Source: a virus (Duplodnaviria > Caudoviricetes). From it: a stretch of 37,906 bases of DNA. Positions 17,430 to 25,957 of the stretch are shown here, piece after piece; positions within the stretch are counted from its first letter, which is position 1, and each line of letters opens with the position of its first letter. The notes beneath the pieces were generated by a model. The model did no database searches, was not told where the DNA came from, and saw only the letters and a program-made list of their open reading frames with translations. The position numbers and the translations under genes were made by a program. The stretch covers positions 1 through 37,906 of IMG/VR virus record IMGVR_UViG_3300025669_000103; one strand, given 5' to 3'.

Positions 17430-17438
17430 AAGGGAGAT

Positions 17439-17864
17439 ATGAAAGAAGTACAGATGACAACTTTAATAGGGTGCAGATTCATGGGACTGAGGCGACAGAT
17501 CACAGAGAGGCAAGAGGAAGCAGTGCGGCTATGTCATCATAACTTCGAGGGGCTGACGATGACTGAAGCGGCTAAGAAGATGGGTATCAGCCAACCAGCT
17601 ATTACTCATCTGTTAGCCAAGGTCAAGAAGATCGCACCTCAACTCTTCCCGATGATGACCAAGTTCCAGGCTCAATGTTATCACTATCTGTATTGTGATG
17701 GTTGGTCTCCCGCAGAAATCGCTGAATATATGGAGAGAACAGTATGGTCAGTATACAAAGCACTACAGGCATGTAAGTACAAAGGATTACCGTTACCCCA
17801 AGCACACGGTGACATCATGAACTACACAGAGGGTATGGATGGTGAAGTAATACATAAATTTTAA
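17439..17864 (+). CDS. Tandem sigma70-region-4-like HTH regulator (paralog 2)
   Basis: Aligns by eye with 15357-15734 (HH.F.GLT...A...ITH...KK.APQLFP..TK.QA...KG...MD.E...KF); start at 17439 or 17481. Confidence 0.75.
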   Translation: MKEVQMTTLIGCRFMGLRRQITERQEEAVRLCHHNFEGLTMTEAAKKMGISQPAITHLLAKVKKIAPQLFPMMTKFQAQCYHYLYCDGWSPAEIAEYMERTVWSVYKALQACKYKGLPLPQAHGDIMNYTEGMDGEVIHKF

Positions 17865-17996
17865 CCTAGGACAAAATAGCCAGTCCGAAATTTGAGCACC
17901 GCCGTTAGGCAACTTCAACTATATGATAACGGGATTGTGGCAGACAACGCGTAAGACTGGCTATTTGTCTATATATATTGAAAGAGAGGCAAAACA

Positions 17997-18968
17997 TTGA
18001 AAGAAAAAGAATTTGATATATTAGCGAAACAAGAAACAGATCGTATGTTGAATGTGATGTGTAGCAAGTCAGCAGATTACGCCAACGACAAAGACAAGCT
18101 GTTTAACTTCAAGCAAGCAGGCCGGATGGATAACGTATCACCCATCGAGGCACTACGTGGCATGTGGCTTAAGCACAGAGCCTCTATCCAGCAAGGACTT
18201 GATGAACTTATCAAGAACCCAGACAAGACTAGATCACGTGACTGGTGGATCGAGAAGCTTACCGATGACCGTAACTATAACCTGTTATTGTTTGCCCTCC
18301 TAGAAGAGGGGTTCTTCATCCCTGATGGTTCGTCGCCTGGGTATAAGAAGAAAGAGAAGCTTGGCTGGCACACTGACGCTAATACCAAGGCAAAAACATA
18401 CGCTCCACATTTTCCGAATGCGGTATCACTTATTCCTAGTTTATGGACGCCGACAGTACAGATGGCAGACTTCCCGATGAACACGGTACCACCAATCAAG
18501 AAGCGTACACCGTTTGAGAAAATGCTTAGCCTCGCTATGAGTTATGGTATGGGTGCCGAAACATTCGCCCAATGTGTGACTGGAACATGCGAGAACTTCG
18601 ATTGGGCTGGCCTCAAACCTGGTGAGTATGACACAGAGTTTTGCGATTGCTGTATTCCTAGTGCTATACGCCCCATCGATCATGAGTCTGAGCACTATAG
18701 AACGTTTGTGATTGTCAGGGAAAAGACTGGGCTCAAAGGGTGGTATGTTATTACAGCCGCGTGTTATAAGCAGTATAGTGTCTCGGCCAGGATATCAGCA
18801 AGATTTCTGCACAAGGATGGCAAATTACACGCTCATACTGGATACGATAAAGTACATCATGGTCACGGTAAGGCACCTGGGTATTACGAGAGCAAGAAAC
18901 AGGCCAGAGAGTATATCGACTGTCACCGTATGATGAAGAGACTCGGACTGCTGAAGGAAGGTGACTGA
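17997..18968 (+). CDS. Multidomain protein with N-terminal Nmad1/DUF1599-like (all-alpha NTP pyrophosphatase-like) domain
   Basis: SKSADYA.DKDKLFNFK...KH...DDRNY motif in the first ~105 aa; the remainder is unassigned. Confidence 0.6.
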   Translation: MKEKEFDILAKQETDRMLNVMCSKSADYANDKDKLFNFKQAGRMDNVSPIEALRGMWLKHRASIQQGLDELIKNPDKTRSRDWWIEKLTDDRNYNLLLFALLEEGFFIPDGSSPGYKKKEKLGWHTDANTKAKTYAPHFPNAVSLIPSLWTPTVQMADFPMNTVPPIKKRTPFEKMLSLAMSYGMGAETFAQCVTGTCENFDWAGLKPGEYDTEFCDCCIPSAIRPIDHESEHYRTFVIVREKTGLKGWYVITAACYKQYSVSARISARFLHKDGKLHAHTGYDKVHHGHGKAPGYYESKKQAREYIDCHRMMKRLGLLKEGD

Positions 18969-19252
18969 TGTGGCAGGATAAGATCAATGGATTGTTTGAA
19001 TTGCTCGGTGGTGTGTTCGTGATGTTGCACTGTTTGAGACTACACAAGGACAAGAAAGTAAAGGGTGTCAGCTTCATAGCGACAGGATACTTTGCTCTGT
19101 GGGGCTTCTGGAACATGTACTATTATCCTGTTCTTGGACAGTGGGCGAGTCTAGTAGGTGGCCTGCTCATCGTTGCAATGAATACTTTATGGATTTCAAT
19201 GATGTTTTATTACATACGAAAGGAAAAGCATGATAAGAACAATATTTCTTGA
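18968..19252 (+). CDS. PQ-loop/SemiSWEET-like 3-TM membrane protein
   Basis: Three hydrophobic helices with the RLHKDKKVKGVS loop and conserved W..Y...N positions. Confidence 0.6.
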   Translation: MWQDKINGLFELLGGVFVMLHCLRLHKDKKVKGVSFIATGYFALWGFWNMYYYPVLGQWASLVGGLLIVAMNTLWISMMFYYIRKEKHDKNNIS

Positions 19253-19817
19253 TGTGGATGGAGTGATGGCTAATTTCCTAGGTGGCTTGCACAAAGCAAT
19301 GAACGCACCATACGCTTATGATCCATATCCCTATAAAAAAGGTTTGTGGAATATGCTTGACGCTATCAAGCCGTTTGATTTTGGTGGTAATCCCCCTACG
19401 TTTGAAGAGTGTGATGCTTGTTGTACTCAGGAATTTTGGGCCAACCTCGATTGGATGCACGATGGAAATGATATTCTCAGGCAGGTAGTTGCAACATTTA
19501 ATCCAGATGATATCTTTCTGCTTACTACTCCGATGCCCAATGTAGGTTCCGCATCTGGTAAAATGGAATGGATAAATAAAAACTTACCGGCGTACAAAAA
19601 CAAGATATTCATCACGACAGCCAGTAAATCCGTTATTGCTGGTCCAGATACATTACTGATAGACGACCGAGATAAAAACGTTGAAGAATTTAGGACCGCT
19701 GGTGGTCACGCTATACTTATAGCAAGACCCTGGAATGCACTACACATGGTGGCCAATAACACCTTGGAGAATTTCAAATATTCAATAGAAAGTATGCGTA
19801 TTACGGGAGTACTATAA
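19230..19817 (+). CDS. 5'(3')-deoxyribonucleotidase (HAD, NT5C-like)
   Basis: FLDVDGVMANF, LTTP, GKMEWI, LLIDDRDKN and PWN motifs. Confidence 0.9.
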   Translation: MIRTIFLDVDGVMANFLGGLHKAMNAPYAYDPYPYKKGLWNMLDAIKPFDFGGNPPTFEECDACCTQEFWANLDWMHDGNDILRQVVATFNPDDIFLLTTPMPNVGSASGKMEWINKNLPAYKNKIFITTASKSVIAGPDTLLIDDRDKNVEEFRTAGGHAILIARPWNALHMVANNTLENFKYSIESMRITGVL

Positions 19818-20722
19818 TGCTAGGTAAAAAATGTATTCACATGGTGTGCGTTGGCCTGAGGTTGGGTATGTCGCATCCCGTTATAGCTAAGATGGCAGGG
19901 TGTTCGATACACTCAGTACGTAGGGTATCTAGCACCGGCCCCACGCGTGTCTTGTTCTTCGGTGACAGTCATTGCGGTAGCAACGTTGGACTTACTCCAC
20001 CTGAATATCGGTATAAGTACATCGCAGATCCCAAGACTGCGGAACACCACACTCAAAATAAGTGGGCCAGGCTCCAAAAGGAATGCTGGAGTTGGTACAT
20101 GAATACATTAGCTGTACTCAGGCCCATAGATAAACTGCTTGTGATGGGTGACACTATTGATGGCAATGGCTTCAGATCAGGTGGCACAGAGCTTATCACC
20201 ACTGATAGAAAGAAACAAGTGTGTATGGCTATCGAGTCTATTGAGGTGATCGGGGCTAAGGAAATGACTATGGTGTATGGTACTCCGTACCATACTGGAC
20301 AGGCTGAGGACTTTGAGGTTGAGATAGCCACACACTTTGGTTGTAAGATCGGAGGTCATGAGTGGGAAGAGATCAACGGTTGTATGTTCGATCTGAGACA
20401 CAAGCAAAGTAATTGCAAGAATCCGGCAACAGGTATATGGAATGAGATCGTTGAGAACAGAGAGTGGGCCGGACTAGGTGAACAACCTAAAGCTAATGTG
20501 CTTGTACGTGCTCACACTCATCGGTTTGTCATACTAAGGCTTGAAGATTGCATTGGTATTACTATACCAGCATTACAGGCTTATGGTACCAAGTTTGGTG
20601 CGAGACAGTGTTCGCATAAGGTCCAGTTTGGTTTGTTAGCACTGGATATATGGCCTGATGGTGAGGTCGTTGAGCATGTGCACATAGCTAAGCTGGCAAG
20701 TCACGTGACACATAAGAATTGA
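19817..20722 (+). CDS. Calcineurin-like metallophosphoesterase with N-terminal HTH
   Basis: GDSHCG, MGDTIDG, GTPYH, RH and AHTH motifs; N-terminal GMSHPVIAKMAGCSIHSV. Confidence 0.85.
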   Translation: MLGKKCIHMVCVGLRLGMSHPVIAKMAGCSIHSVRRVSSTGPTRVLFFGDSHCGSNVGLTPPEYRYKYIADPKTAEHHTQNKWARLQKECWSWYMNTLAVLRPIDKLLVMGDTIDGNGFRSGGTELITTDRKKQVCMAIESIEVIGAKEMTMVYGTPYHTGQAEDFEVEIATHFGCKIGGHEWEEINGCMFDLRHKQSNCKNPATGIWNEIVENREWAGLGEQPKANVLVRAHTHRFVILRLEDCIGITIPALQAYGTKFGARQCSHKVQFGLLALDIWPDGEVVEHVHIAKLASHVTHKN

Positions 20723-20731
20723 GGAGGTGAC

Positions 20732-20872
20732 ATGGAACACCATATAAAGAACCAAGCAGGTGACACTATAGCATCGTTTGGACAAGTTCAAGATCGTGAT
20801 ATTTGTTATGACGCATTTATGGATTATTGGGGTGACGATTGCGGTCTAGAGAAGGTGAGTGACCCAGAATGA
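20732..20872 (+). CDS. Small hypothetical protein (46 aa, not in track)
   Basis: MEHHIKNQAG... in GGAGGTGACATG. Confidence 0.55.
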   Translation: MEHHIKNQAGDTIASFGQVQDRDICYDAFMDYWGDDCGLEKVSDPE

Positions 20873-21036
20873 GCGTTAAAGGTACTTGGCCTAGGAAAGA
20901 TCAGACTACACGTGAGGAACGAGACCTCAGACTGGCGTTCATGTATACTACTATGACGATGAAAGAATTTGACAGGCGGTATAAAAAATTACACAAACAA
21001 GGTAAGATAACTAGAAACGGAAAGGTCGTGACATGA
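20869..21036 (+). CDS. Small hypothetical protein (55 aa, not in track)
   Basis: MSVKGTWPRKD...; ATGA overlaps at both ends. Confidence 0.55.
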   Translation: MSVKGTWPRKDQTTREERDLRLAFMYTTMTMKEFDRRYKKLHKQGKITRNGKVVT

Positions 21037-21629
21037 ACGAGAAAGAACTCAAGGCAAAGCGGCAGAAAATTACATCTGTAATCAGGGCGTTCTCAATGGA
21101 CCCGCACAATAGCCCATTAAAGAAACAGAAAGATCGGGAGATAGCTGGTAGGTTCATAGATAAGCTGAACTCAAACACATTCGATACCGGTGATCTTCCC
21201 TACTTCTCAAAGGATGGGCTTGCCAAGAATCGTAACAAAGCTGAATGTGTACTGGCTATGCTATGCCGAACTGTGGTACATTATTGGAATGCAGCAGAGA
21301 GCCGTGTCGGTGACGAGACAGATTATAATTTTGTTCTTGCCGATGATCTATGTAAGTTACGGTCCGTACATACAAAGTATGAGTCACTTGGTGTATTGGG
21401 TGATCTCAAGGGTTACTATTTACTAGAATCAATGAGGAAGGACATCGTTAAGGCGGTTAAGGCGAGTGACACCATCGAGAGTCATGTACGTGACATGGCT
21501 CAGGATCATGTGGATACGCTCGGAGACTTAGACGAAGAGATTAGAAATAATCTCCCTAAACTTTCAGGACTTGAGGATGACAATGAAACAGGTACAGAAA
21601 ATACTGAGTCAGATAGAGTGGCCGACTGA
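21033..21629 (+). CDS. Hypothetical protein
   Basis: 198 aa with an acidic tail, overlapping the polymerase start. Confidence 0.7.
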   Translation: MNEKELKAKRQKITSVIRAFSMDPHNSPLKKQKDREIAGRFIDKLNSNTFDTGDLPYFSKDGLAKNRNKAECVLAMLCRTVVHYWNAAESRVGDETDYNFVLADDLCKLRSVHTKYESLGVLGDLKGYYLLESMRKDIVKAVKASDTIESHVRDMAQDHVDTLGDLDEEIRNNLPKLSGLEDDNETGTENTESDRVAD

Positions 21630-23592
21630 CGTATTGATGATCGACTTCGAGAGCTACTTTGCTCCCGACTATAGCATCGTGGATCTGGGATCGACTGCGT
21701 ATGTAGCTGATCCTCGTTTCGAGTTCACTGGTCTTGGCGTACAGATCAATGATGGTGATCCAATATTCGCATCGGGACCATACGTAGAGCTAATGATCGA
21801 TAGATTGAAACGTAAATTCGGCAAGGCATTGCATAACTGCACAGTGGTGGCCAAGAATAATAAGTTTGATCTACTTATCCTGGCTGAGAAGTTCGGGATC
21901 TATCCCGCGTACCCATTGGATGTGGAAGATTTGTCACGTTACTATGATGCTAGGATGAGACACCGCTTGAAAGATCTGGCTAAGCATTTTGGATTGCCGC
22001 CCAAGGGTGACACCATGCAATTCAAAGGACTACACTGGGGTGACATGTCACCTGAACAGAAACGTAATATGAGAGAGTATTGTCTTGGAGATATACATGA
22101 TCAAATTGAATTACTCAAAATACTGTTACCAATTATTCAGAATCCTGGTGTTGAGCTTGATCTTGCCAGGCATACTCTTAATCTCTATACTAAACCGATG
22201 CTTGATCTGGATGTTGAACAAGCTATACAGATCGGAAGTGATATGGATAAAGCGTTATCGAAAGATATCTCAAAAGTAGCTTGGGTATTAAAGCATAGAT
22301 CGAAAGCTAAGCCTAGTATCCAGAAAATTCTCAGGACCAAGAAATTATTCCCAGAACTTCTTCAACGATGTCTTGATGACTGCGGTGCCGGTGAACAGGT
22401 GCCCATGAAAAAGGGTAAGAATGAGATGATACCGGCTACGGCTAAAGAGGATGTTGAGTTCCAGTTGCTACTGGTACATGGTGACAAGAAAGTACGCGAG
22501 CTATGCCAGGCTAAGGCCGCATGTTCAAGCTGGTCACTGCATCAGAGTAAGGTAAGGCGTATGATCAGAGAAGCCGAGTGCTCCAATGGTAAGCTTAGGA
22601 TACCGTTAAAATATTACGGTGCACACACTGGTCGGTGGTCCGGTACCGGTGGGTGGAATCCATTGAACCTGGGCGGTAAGGGTAGAGGCAATCCTATTCA
22701 CCCGCTCATAGGACAGGTACGCAATACATTGGTGGCCCCAGATGGTCACATGTTAGTTGTTGTTGACAGTGCACAGGTCGAAGCACGTGAGTTAGCTTGG
22801 ACTGCACATCAAAATGATTTAGTGGAAGGGTTTGCAAATGGTGAAGATATTTACTCTATATTCGCTAGTGACTTATTTCAAACGAAAGTTTGGAAGCCAA
22901 GCGAAGAAGAAAAGAAAACTCCTGAAGGCAAAAAAGTTGATATTATGCGAGGCTTTGGGAAAGACGCTATCCTCGGATGTGGTTACGGAATGGGAACTGA
23001 TACCTTCTACATGCGTTGCAGGCAGAATGGTTCTCTGCGTCCACTCTTCGATTCTGGAGAGTACGACAAGCCTTTCATTGATCGACTTATCAAAACTTAT
23101 CGGAAAAAATATGCCAATGTTCCTGCCTTCTGGTCGGAGATCGAACGATGCTTTCGTATTGTCACCAAGTACCCAAGCCAGGAAGCAAGTTATGAAATAT
23201 CTAAATATGCCAGATTCACCTTTACCAGGCATGGTTCCACTACACAGCTAAGACTTCCATCAGGTAGACCGTTAACGTATCGTCATGCTACAGTGTCACC
23301 CAAACAGGATAGACTCAAATATATCTGGGGTCCGTTGTGGGGTGGGACACTGACAGAGAATGTAATTCAGGCTATGTGTCGGTGTCTGTTCGGACGCTGG
23401 TTGTTAGACTGTGAGGATGCTGGCATACCCATAGTATTGCACACATATGATGAACTTGTTGGTTGTGTACCTGAAGATCAGGCTGAAGATAAGCTTAAAG
23501 TTATGAGTGACATCATGTGTACTGTCCCTAAGTGGGCCACTGGTTTGCCGCTTGGTGTAGATACGTTCATTGCTAAGAGGTATAAGAAATGA
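21583..23592 (+). CDS. polA: DNA polymerase family A with 3'-5' exonuclease
   Basis: ExoI IDFES, ExoII NNKFD, ExoIII YCLGD; HTGRWSG; motif A DSAQVEAR; motif B RGFGKDAILGCGYGMG; motif C HTYDELV. Confidence 0.93.
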   Translation: MKQVQKILSQIEWPTDVLMIDFESYFAPDYSIVDLGSTAYVADPRFEFTGLGVQINDGDPIFASGPYVELMIDRLKRKFGKALHNCTVVAKNNKFDLLILAEKFGIYPAYPLDVEDLSRYYDARMRHRLKDLAKHFGLPPKGDTMQFKGLHWGDMSPEQKRNMREYCLGDIHDQIELLKILLPIIQNPGVELDLARHTLNLYTKPMLDLDVEQAIQIGSDMDKALSKDISKVAWVLKHRSKAKPSIQKILRTKKLFPELLQRCLDDCGAGEQVPMKKGKNEMIPATAKEDVEFQLLLVHGDKKVRELCQAKAACSSWSLHQSKVRRMIREAECSNGKLRIPLKYYGAHTGRWSGTGGWNPLNLGGKGRGNPIHPLIGQVRNTLVAPDGHMLVVVDSAQVEARELAWTAHQNDLVEGFANGEDIYSIFASDLFQTKVWKPSEEEKKTPEGKKVDIMRGFGKDAILGCGYGMGTDTFYMRCRQNGSLRPLFDSGEYDKPFIDRLIKTYRKKYANVPAFWSEIERCFRIVTKYPSQEASYEISKYARFTFTRHGSTTQLRLPSGRPLTYRHATVSPKQDRLKYIWGPLWGGTLTENVIQAMCRCLFGRWLLDCEDAGIPIVLHTYDELVGCVPEDQAEDKLKVMSDIMCTVPKWATGLPLGVDTFIAKRYKK

Positions 23593-23659
23593 TAGTACGT
23601 TCAGCATTTATCTTGACACTTTGTGCCACATATATAATTTGGTTTATCAGGAGACACAT

Positions 23660-23815
23660 ATGAAACGATATAAGAAACAAAGTCATCTTGTCAAGGCGGC
23701 TATCCATAAAGTTACTTCAAGACAGGCCGAGATTAATCGAAACTTTACCAAGCTCCTCAAGAACGGAGGTGACTTCCTTCAGAACTGTGCCGCTAGACTG
23801 AGGTTGCCAAGGTGA
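23660..23815 (+). CDS. Small hypothetical protein
   Basis: MKRYKKQ start after AGGAG is more plausible than TTG at 23570. Confidence 0.5.
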   Translation: MKRYKKQSHLVKAAIHKVTSRQAEINRNFTKLLKNGGDFLQNCAARLRLPR

Positions 23816-24273
23816 AGAAGAAACAAACTAAAGCTCAGAAGTGTAAAGACCTGGGCAACGCTGTCATCCAGATACGTAACGGCCAGAAGGTTAAGCGTGT
23901 CGGTGCCAGGGATGGTTCGATACCAACGCGTTCAGCAATACCAGTCGATTCCAAAAAACTTGAGGATGACGTATTATCTGACTGCTTAGACTGGCTCAAG
24001 AAACATCATGTCATGCACAATAGACATGACTGTGGTGCCGGTAACTTTGGTTCTGGCTATGCTTCTTATGGCATCCTAGGATCAGGTGACATTCATGGTA
24101 TGCTTAGAAAACATGATGGTAAACACTTTGAGATCGAATGTAAGAAGGGTAAAGGTGGCAGGCTGAGTAAGTTTCAGCAGAAACGTAAACGAGAAGTTGA
24201 ATACAATAACGGCTTATACTTTGTGGTACACGGCTTGAGAGAACTAGTATATTACATGGGGTGTTGGGTATGA
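23812..24273 (+). CDS. VRR-NUC-like nuclease / Holliday junction resolvase
   Basis: LEDDV...GSGDIHG...FEIECK...GRLSKFQ PD-(D/E)XK pattern. Confidence 0.82.
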   Translation: MKKKQTKAQKCKDLGNAVIQIRNGQKVKRVGARDGSIPTRSAIPVDSKKLEDDVLSDCLDWLKKHHVMHNRHDCGAGNFGSGYASYGILGSGDIHGMLRKHDGKHFEIECKKGKGGRLSKFQQKRKREVEYNNGLYFVVHGLRELVYYMGCWV

Positions 24274-24728
24274 AAATTTGTACTAAATGTAGGGATCTAA
24301 AATCGGATTATGAATTTCGCACAGATCGCACAAAGAAAGATGGTTTATATTCTTCGTGTAGAGTTTGCTGTAGGAAGTATCAGAATAATTATCGCAAGCA
24401 AAATCTAGAACAGGAAAGAGAACGTTGCAGGAGGCATTATAAATCATTACGCGGTTACTTGATGCACGTTTATCATTGTATGGAAATGAGATGTAAGAAT
24501 AAAAAGGTCCACAACTATCATCGTTACGGTGGTCGGGGTATTAAAATAAAGTTTAAGAGTCGTAAAGAATTTGTGAATTATGTTATAGATAATTTACAAG
24601 TTGACCCTAGAGGGCTACAGATAGACCGTATAGACAATGACGGGCATTATGAACCTGGGAATATTAGGTTTGTAACAGCCTTAGAAAATGTTCATAATAG
24701 GAGTAATTCAAAATGCAAAAGAAATTAA
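24270..24728 (+). CDS. HNH homing endonuclease (paralog of 12590-13120)
   Basis: YGGRGI and DPRGLQIDRIDNDGHYEPGNIRF motifs; N-terminal zinc finger. Confidence 0.85.
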   Translation: MKICTKCRDLKSDYEFRTDRTKKDGLYSSCRVCCRKYQNNYRKQNLEQERERCRRHYKSLRGYLMHVYHCMEMRCKNKKVHNYHRYGGRGIKIKFKSRKEFVNYVIDNLQVDPRGLQIDRIDNDGHYEPGNIRFVTALENVHNRSNSKCKRN

Positions 24729-25957
24729 AGTTATCGGCGAGTTCGATATCTGCTTACAAATGTTGCCCCTTTAGATTTAGGAATGCTTATGTCTTAGGGA
24801 TACGCTCCATTGAAAGCACAGATGCCCAAAGAATAGGTACTTCATGGCATGAAATTTTAGAGGTAGCCAGCCTGGAACCTGGAGGTTGGTGTCCTGAATG
24901 TTATGATCATGTCATTGAATCATTTAAGATTGATGAAACCTGTCCCATCTGTGCGGGCACTGGTAAAGTACCTGAAGATGTGATGGAAGCAGTAGTACGC
25001 GTGCTTAACAAAGCGTATGCTGATGTACCGTTGCTCAACAAAGCGGCCAAGGATCTTGAGCGTACTAGATTGCTCTACGCACTGGTCGGTTATCGCTGGT
25101 ACTATGGTAGTGACTTTGAACCGTCTGTGATGCGGGAGGAATATTTCAAGTTACCATTACTCAATCCTACCACTGGCCATCCGGTACCCAATGTCACCCT
25201 GGAAGGTAAGATCGATAAGATAGTTAACCTTCTCGGTGAACAGATCAGAGGTGTCAAGGAACATAAGACTACCAGTAGTTCACTAGATAGTGACTCTTCA
25301 TTCTGGTCGCACCTTAACATGGATACTCAAACTTCACTATATATATATGCAGCTAGACGGTTACAACTCGCCGGTGAACTGGAAAAGTTTGGGATCAAGG
25401 CTAGTGATCCACTGATTAGTAAGATCAGCTATGATGTGCATCGTAAACCAAAAACTACACCCAAGGCTATTAGCCAGAAGGCTAGTAAAGAGTTCGTAGA
25501 AACCAGCATGTACTGTGGCCAAGAGTTTACAGTGGAGGTCACATACGTAGAGGGTGATGATACACCTGTAATAGCTATGGCTGTCAACGGTGAGATAGTT
25601 GAGGTAGAACCTGGTAAGAAGGCAGGGACATACGCTATCCGAGAGACATGTGAGATGTACGGTGCCCGACTGCTTGAGGACATAACACAGCGTCCCAAGT
25701 ATTTCTTTGAGCAAAAAGAATTGGTACGTACCGATGCTGAGATGGCAGCATTCGAGTTTGAACTGTATGACATCGCCAAGGATATGCAATCTAAGATCAG
25801 AGCGGATCGCTGGTGGCATAACGAATTTGCTTGTGAGGCCACATTCAAGTGCGACTATTGTGATAGTTGTTATAATCATATTCCGTTGGATGTAAACAAT
25901 CCTCCGACTGGAATGAAATGGATCTTTAAGCCGAAAGAGGAGAAATCAAATGACTAA
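24713..25957 (+). CDS. PD-(D/E)XK exonuclease (Cas4/RecB/AddB-like)
   Basis: LSASSISAYKCCP, GTSWHEILE, GKIDK, KEHKT, QTSLY and a C-terminal C..CDYCDSC Fe-S-type cluster. Confidence 0.88.
   Translation: MQKKLKLSASSISAYKCCPFRFRNAYVLGIRSIESTDAQRIGTSWHEILEVASLEPGGWCPECYDHVIESFKIDETCPICAGTGKVPEDVMEAVVRVLNKAYADVPLLNKAAKDLERTRLLYALVGYRWYYGSDFEPSVMREEYFKLPLLNPTTGHPVPNVTLEGKIDKIVNLLGEQIRGVKEHKTTSSSLDSDSSFWSHLNMDTQTSLYIYAARRLQLAGELEKFGIKASDPLISKISYDVHRKPKTTPKAISQKASKEFVETSMYCGQEFTVEVTYVEGDDTPVIAMAVNGEIVEVEPGKKAGTYAIRETCEMYGARLLEDITQRPKYFFEQKELVRTDAEMAAFEFELYDIAKDMQSKIRADRWWHNEFACEATFKCDYCDSCYNHIPLDVNNPPTGMKWIFKPKEEKSND

Noticed and set aside
23613-23638. TTGACA...TATAAT promoter after polA
   Set aside because: Both hexamers are perfect but the spacer is only 14 bp, so it is not called, although it may be functional.
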